Positions 1 through 10,162 of a stretch of DNA of 51,775 nucleotides are shown piece after piece (position 1 is the first letter of the stretch; the number at the start of each line of letters is the position of its first letter). Source of the DNA: an uncultured Clostridia bacterium (GTDB taxonomy: Bacteria > Bacillota > Clostridia > TANB77 > CAG-508). A model generated the notes under the pieces. It made no database searches and was not told the DNA's origin. It saw nothing but the letters and a program-made list of their open reading frames with translations. The stretch is taken from assembly GCA_944393395.1 (NCBI GenBank), contig CALYAB010000003.1:1-51775 (forward strand). The letters run 5' to 3'. The position numbers were made by a program, and so were the translations under genes.

Positions 1-233
1 TCTTGTGTATAAAAAACTGGTCCTTTATCTCCTATTATCTTATTAGCTATCCATATTCCTATTGTTATTGGAATTAAACATAAACTTCCAAAAATCCCAC
101 CTAAAATATCTAGTGCTCTTTTTAATATTTTTTCTATTTTGACAATAATTCTATTTCTTTCTAATTTTATCGGTATAAGTGATACATTTTCTATATTACT
201 ATCTTCATACAAAATCTCACTTCTTACATCCAT
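1..233 (-). CDS. Bacterial sugar transferase / priming glycosyltransferase (WcaJ/CpsE-like), N-terminal part, runs off window
   Basis: Hand translation from ATG at 233 (SD AGGGGG upstream): MDVRSEIL...KRALDILGG...GDKGPVFYTQ, the KRxxD...GPVFY.Q signature; next to vanZ and LCP genes. Confidence 0.85.
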   Translation of the reverse strand, partial: MDVRSEILYEDSNIENVSLIPIKLERNRIIVKIEKILKRALDILGGIFGSLCLIPITIGIWIANKIIGDKGPVFYTQ

Positions 234-316
234 TTTTTATCCCCCTATTATTATACATTTTTCCACTTTTTTCGCACTCACATTATACTATATAATACAG
301 TTTTTGTAAATAGTAT

Positions 317-823
317 TTATATGACATTTTTTGTCACCCTTTGTAATCTATTAGTAATATATCTGTTATATATTTCCCTTGCTGTCAGTACTAGCAATAT
401 GCCTAATATTACTCCTAATGTATCTATGTATACATCTGTTATCTTTGGTGTTCTTCCAGGAGAGAAACTTTGATGAAATTCATCTAATGTTGCATATATT
501 ATTCCAATTACAACAGTTATTAATATTCTTCTTTTGTCTTTTAACTTTGTTCTAGTCATTATTCCCATTAATAATAACCCTACTAGTGTATATATTGAGA
601 AATGAGCAATTTTTCTTATTACTGCATTTGCTCTATTAAATACCTTTTTCTTTTCCTTATTGTCTAGCTGATTATATTTTGAACTTTTCTCTAGTATTAC
701 TTCTGTTACTTTTTTACTTATTCCTTTTGATTGTGTTCCATTTTGACTAGAAAATCTAAATATTATAAAAAATGTGCCTATCAATAATAGTAATATTATC
801 GTTCTAAATATTTTTATTTTCAT
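317..823 (-). CDS. vanZ: VanZ family membrane protein
   Basis: RKIAHFSIY, DEFHQSFSPGR and DVYIDTLG motifs. Confidence 0.9.
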   Translation of the reverse strand: MKIKIFRTIILLLLIGTFFIIFRFSSQNGTQSKGISKKVTEVILEKSSKYNQLDNKEKKKVFNRANAVIRKIAHFSIYTLVGLLLMGIMTRTKLKDKRRILITVVIGIIYATLDEFHQSFSPGRTPKITDVYIDTLGVILGILLVLTAREIYNRYITNRLQRVTKNVI

Positions 824-855
824 CTTTTTTCTTCTTCCTTACTTTCTCAAGCTTT

Positions 856-1881
856 TTAATTTGTATATCCTGTTTTTTCTATAATCTGATTGCTTATTTC
901 TTTCACTTTGTCTGAAGGCGTATAATCTGTTTCACCAAAAGCTTCTTGATGTAATTGTTTTACATTACTTTCTAGTGTAACTGGTACTCCATACCATCTA
1001 TCTAATGTAATTCCTTTTGTTTCATAAGGCCATCCTATACTATCAGTAACATTAAAGCTAGCTATACTTGGTAATAGTGAAAATATATCTCCTGCTGTAA
1101 TATTTGTATATACTTCTGGTAATATTTGATCAATTATCTGATTCATTTCGCTTATACTCTTTGTCTTAAATTTATTCGCCATAGCTTCTACAACTGTTCT
1201 CATTCTTTCTGTTCTTTTATAATCTCCACCTTCTGTATATCTAATTCTTGCATATGCAACAGCTTGTACTCCGTCTAGTGTTTGACTTCCAGATGTTGTT
1301 ACTTTTTCTGTATCTAAACCTGTTACTTCTGATGTTTCATTAATGTATTGATTTATATAGTTAACCTCTTCTGGTTCAACATTTATTGTTATGCCACCTA
1401 ATGCATTTACAGCTTCTGCTACTGCATCAAAGTTTACTGTTACGAATTCTGTTATATTTAAATCAAAATTTTCATTTAAAGTTTTTAACGCAAGTGGAGC
1501 TTCTCCATATGAATAAGCATGTGTTATTTTATCTAATCCATGTCCTTCTATATTTACATATGTATCCCTATATACTGATATTAATTTAACTTCTTTTGTC
1601 TTATTGTTTATACTTGCTATTATTATACAATCACTTCTATTTCCTTTGCCTAAACTACTGTCTCTACTATCTATACCAAATAGTGCTATATTTCTATAAT
1701 CAGATAAGTTTTCTTCAACTTGTGAAGATACCCCTAAATCACTTTCATCTATATTAACTTGTTGTATTTTACTTAATTTACTATTTATGAAAAAGAATAT
1801 ACTTCCTACAATTAAAACTAGTATTATTACTAAAACTAATACGATTATTCCAAAAACCTTTATTCCTCTTCTTCCACTCAT
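856..1881 (-). CDS. LCP (LytR-CpsA-Psr) family cell-wall polymer ligase
   Basis: N-terminal TM; NIALFGIDSR, RSDCII, SVYRDT, LDGVQAVAYARIR, DYKRTERMR. Confidence 0.92.
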   Translation of the reverse strand: MSGRRGIKVFGIIVLVLVIILVLIVGSIFFFINSKLSKIQQVNIDESDLGVSSQVEENLSDYRNIALFGIDSRDSSLGKGNRSDCIIIASINNKTKEVKLISVYRDTYVNIEGHGLDKITHAYSYGEAPLALKTLNENFDLNITEFVTVNFDAVAEAVNALGGITINVEPEEVNYINQYINETSEVTGLDTEKVTTSGSQTLDGVQAVAYARIRYTEGGDYKRTERMRTVVEAMANKFKTKSISEMNQIIDQILPEVYTNITAGDIFSLLPSIASFNVTDSIGWPYETKGITLDRWYGVPVTLESNVKQLHQEAFGETDYTPSDKVKEISNQIIEKTGYTN

Positions 1882-1962
1882 ATTTTTTCCTCCTCGTTTT
1901 TAATTATCTTTCAGTATTATACTATTTTATATATTTTTTTACAAGTTTTTTTATTTTTTTAT

Positions 1963-1990
1963 TTGATTATATATTTTTTAATGGTATAAT
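1963..1990 (+). promoter_or_regulatory. SigA-type promoter for 2025..2777
   Basis: TTGATT-N16-TATAAT with extended TG. Confidence 0.55.
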
Positions 1991-2024
1991 GGTTATAGCA
2001 AATTACTAAAGAGGAGGTGACAGT

Positions 2025-2777
2025 ATGGAAGGAAAAAAACTTATAAGCGTTAAAGTTTCAACCTTATTATTAATTGCTATTATTATTATCTTAATTCTTA
2101 TAGGAATTTTATTTTTCATACAATATATTAATAAAGGTGATGACACAAGTCAATCAAATGTTAATTCTACTATTGATGAAAACACATCTAACACTAATTC
2201 TACTGCAAATACTGTTTCTAATTCTATTGATAACCCATCTGTTATTAGTACCCAATATGAAGAAATTACTTCTAATTTAGATGGTATTGATGTATTATTT
2301 GTAACAGATGCATTAGATAATGGTGATGATACTTATACTCTAAGAGGAGTAATTTATGCTCAATATACTTTGTCTGAGGATGAATTTGATCAAATTGTTT
2401 TTGATAAGCAATTAGAAATTAATAATGAATTTTTAAATTTACAAAATTCTAATAACGAATATTCTTTAGTTGATGATTCTGGAAATGTTATTTATAATAT
2501 AGTAAAAAATAATGATGATACATATTATTTAGAATCAGCTTCTCAATCATCAAATGTTTGGAAATTAACTGATGATTATAAGGAAATAACTGTATCTTCA
2601 GATACACCTTGTTCTCTTATTGAAAGTGGTACTACTACTGTTTCTGATTGGTTTGGCAATTATTCTTCAGATTTACCTTCAAATACAACTAATCCAGATT
2701 CTAAATATTGTTATACTTTCAATTTTGAAAATGATAATTGCACTGAAGTTATTAATGTTAATACTAATAATCAATAA
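2025..2777 (+). CDS. Hypothetical membrane-anchored acidic protein
   Basis: SD GAGGAGGT; one N-terminal TM, N/S/T-rich linker, acidic extracellular domain with 3 Cys. Confidence 0.8.
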   Translation: MEGKKLISVKVSTLLLIAIIIILILIGILFFIQYINKGDDTSQSNVNSTIDENTSNTNSTANTVSNSIDNPSVISTQYEEITSNLDGIDVLFVTDALDNGDDTYTLRGVIYAQYTLSEDEFDQIVFDKQLEINNEFLNLQNSNNEYSLVDDSGNVIYNIVKNNDDTYYLESASQSSNVWKLTDDYKEITVSSDTPCSLIESGTTTVSDWFGNYSSDLPSNTTNPDSKYCYTFNFENDNCTEVINVNTNNQ

Positions 2778-2779
2778 TT

Positions 2780-2822
2780 ATTACCCAAGAAAATTATATA
2801 GTAATTTTTCTTGGGTAATTTT
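2780..2822. terminator. Bidirectional intrinsic terminator between convergent genes
   Basis: ATTACCCAAGAAAATTA...TAATTTTTCTTGGGTAAT hairpin with T tract. Confidence 0.75.
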
Positions 2823-2887
2823 GTTTCTTATTAATTTATCTATGTATTTTAATTTTTAAAATATACTTTACATATTTTTATTTTTTG

Positions 2888-3439
2888 TTAATTTGCATTA
2901 TATTTGTATTTTATATCTATATTTGCATTTGTTAATGCATATTCTATCTTTTTGTGTTCAAGTTCATTTTTTGCAATATAATTGTCTAATTTTTTGTTTA
3001 ATTCTATTCTAGTTCTAGTTTGTTCATTTAAAATTTGAGCCAAATTTACATTTGTTATAACGTCTAGTTTGTTTTCTATTCCTTCAAATCTGGCTTCTAC
3101 TTTATCAAATCTTTCATTAAATTTGCTTTCTAAGCTATTAAATCTTTCATTAAATTTGCTTTCTAAGCTATTAAATCTTTCATTAAATTTGCTTTCTAAG
3201 CTATTAAATCTTTCATTAAATTCGCTTTCTAAGCTATTAAATCTTTCATTAAATTTGCTTTCTAAACTTCCAAGTTTTTCATCAAACTCATTCTTTAAAT
3301 TTACAAGTTTTTCGTCAAATCTGTTTTCTAAATCTTCAATTTTTTCATTAAAATTCTTTTCTAAACCATCAATTCTTTTATTAATATTATTGAATTCTGG
3401 TTGTAGCTTATTCCATAGGTCCTCTAAATTTTTTATCAC
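2888..3439 (-). CDS. Coiled-coil protein with 11-residue tandem repeats (FNERFNSLESK)
   Basis: GTG start with SD AGGAGGT; hendecad repeats. Confidence 0.8.
   Translation of the reverse strand: MIKNLEDLWNKLQPEFNNINKRIDGLEKNFNEKIEDLENRFDEKLVNLKNEFDEKLGSLESKFNERFNSLESEFNERFNSLESKFNERFNSLESKFNERFNSLESKFNERFDKVEARFEGIENKLDVITNVNLAQILNEQTRTRIELNKKLDNYIAKNELEHKKIEYALTNANIDIKYKYNAN
3107..3266. repeat. 33-bp intragenic tandem repeat, about 4.8 near-identical copies
   Basis: Unit AAATCTTTCATTAAATTTGCTTTCTAAGCTATT; one T>C variant. Confidence 0.95.
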
Positions 3440-3587
3440 ACTATCACCTCCTTTTAGAAAAATTACTTCATAAGTATTTTATACTCTGATATTTCGACTA
3501 AAATTATTTGAATTAACTTAATTTAGAATTAAAAAATTAGACCATTAACAAAAAACTTTATGATAGTTATAATGTTATCTATAATAA

Positions 3588-3638
3588 AAAAACATAGATA
3601 AATTATGTTTGTATTTTAACATGTATATCTATGTTTTT
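3588..3638 (-). terminator. Probable argS terminator
   Basis: AAAAACATAGATA...TATCTATGTTTTT inverted repeat, A-run on plus strand gives U tract on minus. Confidence 0.55.
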
Positions 3639-3729
3639 CAAGTCTCTTTTCCCTATTTTTTGTAAATTTTTGATGCTTTATCTTTACTTTTCTTATTTTT
3701 ATGAACTTTTTCTTGCTTTTTTGTATTTT

Positions 3730-5457
3730 TTACATTTTATTTGGCATTTCTATTCCTAGTAGTTTAGCTCCTGTTTTCAATACTTTGCCTACTGAATATG
3801 TTAAATAAATTCTTGCATTTTGAATTTCCTTGTCTTCTACTAATATTTTATTATCATTATAAAAATTACTAAATGATTTAGCTAAATCTATCAAATATCT
3901 TGATAATATTGATGGTTCTTCTTTTTCTGTTACTTGTTTTAATATATTTTGAAAATTATATATCAACTTAATAATATTATTTGATGCTTCATCCAAAAGT
4001 TGTTTAAAGTCTATTTCTTCTATGCTTGGTATGTATCCTGCTTTTTCTAGAACACTTCTAGTTCTTACATAAGTATATTGAATATATGGACCTGTTTCTC
4101 CTTGGAAATTCAATATTTGATTCCAATCAAATATTTCGTCTTTAATTCTGTTATTTGACAAATCACTAAATATAACTGCTCCAACACCTACTCTTTTTGC
4201 CACTTCATCTTTATTTTCTAAGTTTGGATTTTTCTCTTCTATAATGTCTTTTGCCCTTCTAATAGCCTCGCTTAATAAATCTTCTAATTTAACAATATTT
4301 CCTTCTCTTGTTGACATCTTTCCTGTTGGTAATGATACCATCCCAAATGGAACATGTATTAATCCTTTTATATATTTTTCATCTATTCCAAGTAATTTCG
4401 CTACCTCAAATACTTGTTTAAAATGTAATGTTTGTTCATATGATACAACATAAAGTGCTTTATCAAAATCATAAGTTCTTGCTCTATATAAAATAGCAGC
4501 TAAATCTCTAGTAGCATATGTTGTTGAGCCATTAGATTTCTCTATAATACAAGGTGTATTTATTCCTTTATCTTCTAAGTCTATTATCTTGGCTCCTTGT
4601 GATTCAATAAGTTTTCCTGTTTTTTCTAAAATTTGTATAACTTCTGGCATTTTGTCTGAATAAAAAGCTTCTCCATTCCATGAATCAAATTTGCTTCCTA
4701 ACAAATCATATACTTTTTGAAATTCTTGTAAACTTAGTTTTCTGAATTTTTCCCATATTTCAGTACAATATGGATCTCCTTCTTCTAAAAGTTTAAAATT
4801 CATTCTACATTGTTCTAATATTTTTTCGTCTTCTTTACATAGTTTGTTTATTCTAATATATATTTTAGTTAGTTCATTTATTGGATCTTTTTCTACTTCA
4901 TATTCTTTTCCCCATAATTTATATCCTTCTATCAATTTTCCAAATTGTGTTCCATAATCTCCTAAATGATTTATTCCTATCGTGTTATATCCTAAATATT
5001 TATATATATTATATAATGCTCCCCCTATTACTGTTGAACGTAAATGTCCTATGTGAAATGGTTTAGCAATATTGGGTGCTGAATAATCTATAACTATATT
5101 TTTTCCGTTTCCTATTTGAGCTTTCCCATATTCTTCTTTATTTGCTATTTCTTCTAAAACTTCTTTTGTCATTAGTTCTTTATTAATATAAAAGTTTAAA
5201 TATCCTCCTGCAACTTCTACTTTTTCTATTACTTTATTATCTAATTTTACTTCATTTTTTATATCATTTGCAATCAGCTGAGGAGATTTTTTTAGTTCTT
5301 TTGCTAAACGAAAACATGGAAATGCATAGTCTCCATTTTTTGTATCTTTTGGAATTTCTATATATGTTTCTAATTCTTTTTCATCTATATTGACAGTTTT
5401 AGATATTTCTTTTGCAATCTCTTCTTTAAAATTTATCATATTTTTCATTCCCTTCAT
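3730..5457 (-). CDS. argS: Arginyl-tRNA synthetase
   Basis: SAPNIAKPFHIGHLRS (HIGH), KMSTR, GETGPYIQY; real start may be the MINFK Met. Confidence 0.97.
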   Translation of the reverse strand: MKGMKNMINFKEEIAKEISKTVNIDEKELETYIEIPKDTKNGDYAFPCFRLAKELKKSPQLIANDIKNEVKLDNKVIEKVEVAGGYLNFYINKELMTKEVLEEIANKEEYGKAQIGNGKNIVIDYSAPNIAKPFHIGHLRSTVIGGALYNIYKYLGYNTIGINHLGDYGTQFGKLIEGYKLWGKEYEVEKDPINELTKIYIRINKLCKEDEKILEQCRMNFKLLEEGDPYCTEIWEKFRKLSLQEFQKVYDLLGSKFDSWNGEAFYSDKMPEVIQILEKTGKLIESQGAKIIDLEDKGINTPCIIEKSNGSTTYATRDLAAILYRARTYDFDKALYVVSYEQTLHFKQVFEVAKLLGIDEKYIKGLIHVPFGMVSLPTGKMSTREGNIVKLEDLLSEAIRRAKDIIEEKNPNLENKDEVAKRVGVGAVIFSDLSNNRIKDEIFDWNQILNFQGETGPYIQYTYVRTRSVLEKAGYIPSIEEIDFKQLLDEASNNIIKLIYNFQNILKQVTEKEEPSILSRYLIDLAKSFSNFYNDNKILVEDKEIQNARIYLTYSVGKVLKTGAKLLGIEMPNKM

Positions 5458-5503
5458 TATATTTTGAAATCTTTGTTTTTTATTTTCTTTATTTACTTAC
5501 AAA

Positions 5504-5532
5504 ATTATATTATGTTTATTTTAAAAAGTCAA
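5504..5532 (-). promoter_or_regulatory. SigA promoter of argS (no room for a T-box)
   Basis: TTGACT-N17-TATAAT on minus strand. Confidence 0.65.
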
Positions 5533-5597
5533 CTTAAATTCTTTTTATAAAACCTGACAGCAAAAAATGAGATTAATAATCTCCCTCTCTGTACGAA

Positions 5598-5762
5598 TTA
5601 TTCTTCAATAATAACTGTATTGTAATTTTCGTTATTGTTGACATCTGTGTGAGTATGTGTCTCCTGATGAATAATCCTGGTCGTTCTAAATTTCCTTCCG
5701 CAACCAGACAACATGCTCATTGCAAAAATCACAATTAATAATATAGTAAAAATCCGTTTCAT
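5598..5762 (-). CDS. Small 54-aa lipoprotein, missed by the ORF track
   Basis: SD AGGAGG; MKRIFTILLIVIFAMSMLSG|CGRKFRTTRIIHQETHTHTDVNNNENYNTVIIEE with lipobox LSGC. Confidence 0.7.
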   Translation of the reverse strand: MKRIFTILLIVIFAMSMLSGCGRKFRTTRIIHQETHTHTDVNNNENYNTVIIEE

Positions 5763-5852
5763 ATTTTTCCTCCTTTTTATTAAAAAACTGGATTTTAAGT
5801 TGCAAAGGTTTATACCTTATACATTAATTTTTCATAAAAACTCAAAAGTGAA

Positions 5853-5880
5853 AAACCAGGAGGCTACAGCCTCCTGGTTA
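5853..5880 (-). terminator. Intrinsic terminator of 5883..6410
   Basis: AACCAGGAGGC-TACA-GCCTCCTGGTT hairpin followed by T tract on minus strand. Confidence 0.8.
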
Positions 5881-5882
5881 AG

Positions 5883-6410
5883 TCATAAAACATTTTCATT
5901 TCTCAGCGAACTTATAAATTCTTTTTGTTTGACTTTATGAATTTTAACTTTTTCAAAAATTGATAACTCATCAAAATCAATACATCGATGGAAAGTTTCG
6001 TTTCCAAAATTTGCAATAGTTTCTTTTATCTCTATTGCAATCTTTTTTCTTTTTTTACTTGAAGGATTTTCCTTTACAGAAAAAATTATATAATTGGGTG
6101 TTATTCCTTCTACTTCTGGTGATTTTTTTATGTTATCCTGAAAAACTGTTGCAGAAGTTTTAATTTTACCATCTTCCATTTTCTCTCCAAGTACATATAC
6201 TCTTCCAGTGTGATAAAGTATTTTATTATACTTTTCAAAATTATATTTTATATAATTTTCTCCGAACTCCTCCTTTGGATACCATTTTTCCATTGGTACT
6301 TTTGCTTGGTCACTTTCGGCCATGCTTCCTGTAAAGAAACCCATTGCATAAAATACCAGAATAACGATAATCGTAACTAAATAATAAATTCCTATCCGTC
6401 GCTGTTTCAT
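5883..6410 (-). CDS. Hypothetical secreted or membrane-anchored protein
   Basis: SD AGGAGG; N-terminal hydrophobic segment. Confidence 0.75.
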   Translation of the reverse strand: MKQRRIGIYYLVTIIVILVFYAMGFFTGSMAESDQAKVPMEKWYPKEEFGENYIKYNFEKYNKILYHTGRVYVLGEKMEDGKIKTSATVFQDNIKKSPEVEGITPNYIIFSVKENPSSKKRKKIAIEIKETIANFGNETFHRCIDFDELSIFEKVKIHKVKQKEFISSLRNENVL

Positions 6411-6499
6411 ATAAAATAATCCTCCTTTGATTTATTATGTTATCTATTATAGCATATTTTAAAACTAATGTGAAGTAAAAACAAGCTTCTTTAACAAAA

Positions 6500-6528
6500 T
6501 TGCACTTTTTTTGATTTATTGATATACT
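6500..6528 (+). promoter_or_regulatory. SigA promoter of deoD
   Basis: TTGCAC-N17-TATACT with extended TG. Confidence 0.6.
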
Positions 6529-6563
6529 AACTTGGTAAAATATATTTTAAGGAGGTAATCACT

Positions 6564-7286
6564 ATGTCTACTGCACATAATGAAGCAAAATTAGGTGAAA
6601 TTGCAAAAACAGTCATAATGCCTGGAGATCCACTTAGAGCAAAATATATAGCTGAAAAATTTTTAGATAATTACAAATTAGTAAATCAAGTTAGGGGTAT
6701 TTTCGCATATACAGGATTTTACAATAATAAAGAAATAACTGTTATGGCTTCTGGAATGGGAATGCCTAGTATGGGTATTTATTCTTATGAATTATTTAAA
6801 TTTTATGATGTTGAAAATATAATAAGAATTGGCTCTTGTGGAGCATATGTTCCTGAATTAAATCTATTTGATATAATTTTATCTAAGAATATTTTTACAG
6901 AAAGCAATTTTGCTTTTAGTTTTAATAATGATAATTGCCATATCATAGAAACAAATAAAGAATTAAATGAAAAAATTAAAAATACTGCTACTAACAACAA
7001 TATTAAAATTGTAGAGGGAAATACTATATGTAGTGATTGTTTTGATCCATATATGACTCAAGAAAATTTTGATAGCTTTATGAAAAGAGTTCCTGAAGGT
7101 TTCAATGCTTTAGGTGCTGAAATGGAAGCTTTTGCTTTATGCTATAATGCTAAACTTTTAAATAAAAAGGCTACTTGCCTTATGAGTGTAGTTGATTCAA
7201 GATTTTCTACAGAAGTTGCTACATCAGAACAAAGAGAAAAAGGCTTAGATAATATGATAAAACTTGCGCTTGAATCAAGTTGTTGA
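6564..7286 (+). CDS. deoD: Purine nucleoside phosphorylase (DeoD type)
   Basis: MPGDPLRAKYIA, SGMGMPS, IIRIGSCG, AEME. Confidence 0.96.
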   Translation: MSTAHNEAKLGEIAKTVIMPGDPLRAKYIAEKFLDNYKLVNQVRGIFAYTGFYNNKEITVMASGMGMPSMGIYSYELFKFYDVENIIRIGSCGAYVPELNLFDIILSKNIFTESNFAFSFNNDNCHIIETNKELNEKIKNTATNNNIKIVEGNTICSDCFDPYMTQENFDSFMKRVPEGFNALGAEMEAFALCYNAKLLNKKATCLMSVVDSRFSTEVATSEQREKGLDNMIKLALESSC

Positions 7287-7390
7287 GCGAACAATAGCGG
7301 ACATTCTTAAACATTTTCTCTGTTTATAACATTTTAAAGTCCACGTCTATTGTTCGTGCGCCAATTTTACTTTAGTAAAATTGTGTGCAA
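7284..7390 (+). repeat. Structured intergenic motif, copy 1 (homologous to 17621..17733)
   Basis: Two hairpins, GAACAA..TTGTTC and GCGCCAA..TTGTGTGC, shared with copy 2. Confidence 0.7.
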
Positions 7391-7412
7391 TCATTAGATC
7401 GAAGCGACGTCC

Positions 7413-7444
7413 TTGAATAGGAAAAACTTGATTTTCCTATTCAA
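7413..7444. repeat. REP-like palindrome, copy 1
   Basis: TTGAATAGGAAAAACTTGATTTTCCTATTCAA; recurs at 10103 (inverted) and 47925. Confidence 0.8.
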
Positions 7445-7518
7445 GAAAAAAAGCTATTATGTATATTACTCTTATACATAATAGCCTTTCATTTTATTAA
7501 AATCTCATAGTGGTTAAA

Positions 7519-7995
7519 CTATTTTTTTATTGATAATATTTTATATTTCATAACCCCTGCTGGTGCGTTTACTTCTACAGTTTGGTTTTTCTTAGCTCCT
7601 AATAAAGCTTCTCCTAATGGAGATTCATTTGATATTTTATTTTCTGCTAAATCAACTTCTGTTGAACCAACTATTGTATATTCAATCTTTTCATTAAATT
7701 CAACATCTAAAACTTTTACTATATTTCCTATTTGAACTGTTTCTGTATCAATATCTTTTTCATCTATTATTTTAGCATGTCTTAATTTATTTTCCAACTC
7801 TGCAATTTTTACTTCATTTTCTGCTTGTGCATTTTTAGCTTCATCATATTCAGAATTTTCTGATAAATCGCCAAATCCTAAAGCAACTTTTATTCTGTCT
7901 GCTATATCAGCTCTCTTTTCTGTCTTTAAAAAATTTAATTCTTTTTCTAAATTATTATACCCCTCTTGTGTTAATATTACTTCTTTTTCTTCCAT
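7519..7995 (-). CDS. greA: Transcription elongation factor GreA
   Basis: [21 protein letters not shown]; start moved to ATG 7995 after SD GGAGG. Confidence 0.97.
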   Translation of the reverse strand: MEEKEVILTQEGYNNLEKELNFLKTEKRADIADRIKVALGFGDLSENSEYDEAKNAQAENEVKIAELENKLRHAKIIDEKDIDTETVQIGNIVKVLDVEFNEKIEYTIVGSTEVDLAENKISNESPLGEALLGAKKNQTVEVNAPAGVMKYKILSIKK

Positions 7996-8086
7996 AGTAA
8001 TTCCTCCTAAATTGTTAACAAATTTTTTGTACTTTAATATATTACGGCAGAAAATGGAATTTGTCAATACAAATTTCATTTTTTCT

Positions 8087-8680
8087 TTAATCTTTTACAT
8101 AACTCTTTATATCTCTCATATAATCTATTCCAGAAAAAATTGTTGCTATTGTCTGTACTATCATCATTAATGTAACTACAGTATTTAACACAAAATCTCC
8201 TCCTTGTAGATTTCCTGAAAAACATTCTCCAAATGCATGTAAATCTAAGAAAGCTAAAATTATTGCTATCATTTGAGTTACTGTTTTCAATTTTCCCCAT
8301 TTTGATGCTGCAATAACTTTTCCACCTTGTTCTACTGCTATTAATCTATAACCTGAAACCAAAAATTCTCTTGCCAATACTATAATTGGAATCCATGCTG
8401 GCAATTTATTCATTTCTACCAACATAAGCATTGCTGCTAATACCAATATTTTATCTGCTAGTGGGTCTAAAAATTTTCCAAAAGCTGTTACTTGATTTTT
8501 ACTCCTAGCAATATATCCATCTAATTTATCAGTTATTGAAGCCAACACAAACACTAAATCAATCAATAAATATGATATTGGTATTCCCCATAAATCTCCC
8601 TCTATTCCTATAAATGGTATTATTACCATTATTGGTACTAATATTATTCTAAATACAGTTAACTTATTTGGTAGATTCAT
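8087..8680 (-). CDS. pgsA: CDP-diacylglycerol--glycerol-3-phosphate 3-phosphatidyltransferase
   Basis: [28 protein letters not shown]. Confidence 0.96.
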   Translation of the reverse strand: MNLPNKLTVFRIILVPIMVIIPFIGIEGDLWGIPISYLLIDLVFVLASITDKLDGYIARSKNQVTAFGKFLDPLADKILVLAAMLMLVEMNKLPAWIPIIVLAREFLVSGYRLIAVEQGGKVIAASKWGKLKTVTQMIAIILAFLDLHAFGECFSGNLQGGDFVLNTVVTLMMIVQTIATIFSGIDYMRDIKSYVKD

Positions 8681-8768
8681 AAAACATCCTCTCCTTATTT
8701 TATTATAATTCAGTATATATTGTCTCGAAGATTTATATCTCTTCGAGACATAGACCGAACATTAACTT

Positions 8769-9995
8769 TTATTTTAACATTTCTATTGCTTTTTGCAATT
8801 GTGTATCTTGAGCTCTATCAATATTATACGAATTATCAACTCCATCTGGCAATTCTACTGTCTCATCTGGCTCAATACCAACTTTATTTATCTCTGTTCT
8901 ATTTGGTGTTAAATATTTTTCAGTTGTTATTTTTAATCCACTACCATCTGGAAGAGTTAATATTTGTTGTATTACTCCTTTTCCATAAGTTTTTGTTCCT
9001 ACTGTTTTAGCCTTTCCTAAATCTTTTAAAGCTCCAGCCAATATTTCTGATGAACTAGCTGTACTTTCATTTGTTAATATGATAATTGGCATATTAATAA
9101 TCGGGTCATTTTCTGATTTTTCTACAGTTTCATTATTATCTTTATCTACTTCATAAAGTAATACTGAATCTTTGTCTGCAATGTAATCAGCTATTTGTAA
9201 AGCTTCATCAACAATTCCTCCACCATTATTTCTTAAATCTATAATTAATGAATTAATTCCTTGTGCTTGTAATTCTTCAAATTTTGTTTTAAATTCTTCT
9301 GCTGTATTTTCATCAAATGATGAAAATTCTATATATCCTATATTGTTTTCTAGAACTTCACCTTCAACTGGATTTACTACAATATTTTCCCTTGTTATTT
9401 CAAAGTCAAGAGTTTCTTCTCCTCTTAGTATTTGCAATTTAACAGTTGATCCTTCTTCTCCTTTTATTTTAGTTGCAATTGCTGTCATTTGATCAGCTGT
9501 ACATTCCTCTCCATTTACTGATATTATTAAATCTCCTGGTTTTATACCTGCTTTTTCTGCTGGACTATTTTTTATTGGAGCTAACACCATTATCCTATTT
9601 GATTCAGTATCTTGTACCATATATATTCCAATACCTACAAAATTTCCCATGGTATCTTCCAAGTAATCATCCATATCTTCTTTTGAAATATATTCTGTGT
9701 ATGGATCATTTAGCCCTTCAATATATCCTTTTATTGCACCTTCTTTTAGACTTTCTTCATCTACTTCACCTAAATAGTATTTATTTATTAATGATTTATA
9801 TGTTTCTAATGTTTGTGAAATATCTTGACTTCCATCAGATGTCATTAGTGTTAGATATTTATTTAAGCTATTTCCTTTCACAAAATATTGATAAAAACAT
9901 ATAGATGTAACCATAAAAGTAATAAATGCAGCTAATATAACTAACATTATGGTTCTATATATTCTATATTTTTTTTCTTTATCCATCTGTTTCAT
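8769..9995 (-). CDS. S41 C-terminal processing protease with PDZ domain (CtpA/CtpB-like)
   Basis: DPYTEY, GIGI, DLRNNGGG, TASSSE, TYGKG. Confidence 0.93.
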   Translation of the reverse strand: MKQMDKEKKYRIYRTIMLVILAAFITFMVTSICFYQYFVKGNSLNKYLTLMTSDGSQDISQTLETYKSLINKYYLGEVDEESLKEGAIKGYIEGLNDPYTEYISKEDMDDYLEDTMGNFVGIGIYMVQDTESNRIMVLAPIKNSPAEKAGIKPGDLIISVNGEECTADQMTAIATKIKGEEGSTVKLQILRGEETLDFEITRENIVVNPVEGEVLENNIGYIEFSSFDENTAEEFKTKFEELQAQGINSLIIDLRNNGGGIVDEALQIADYIADKDSVLLYEVDKDNNETVEKSENDPIINMPIIILTNESTASSSEILAGALKDLGKAKTVGTKTYGKGVIQQILTLPDGSGLKITTEKYLTPNRTEINKVGIEPDETVELPDGVDNSYNIDRAQDTQLQKAIEMLK

Positions 9996-10102
9996 TCCTT
10001 TCGCTTTATAATATTATTTACAATTAATATAATTATATTTCACAATTTATCGTCTATTACAGATAATTGGAACGTCACCAAAACGTCCCAACATTATCGT
10101 TA

Positions 10103-10133
10103 TTGAATAGGAAAATCAAGTTTTCATATTCAA
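10103..10133. repeat. REP-like palindrome, copy 2 (inverted)
   Basis: TTGAATAGGAAAATCAAGTTTTCATATTCAA. Confidence 0.75.
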
Positions 10134-10162
10134 CAATAATTTCTATAATTTTCAAATATGAA

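Noticed and set aside
3107-3266. 33-bp repeats as a CRISPR array
   Set aside because: No spacers, in-frame within a CDS, no cas genes
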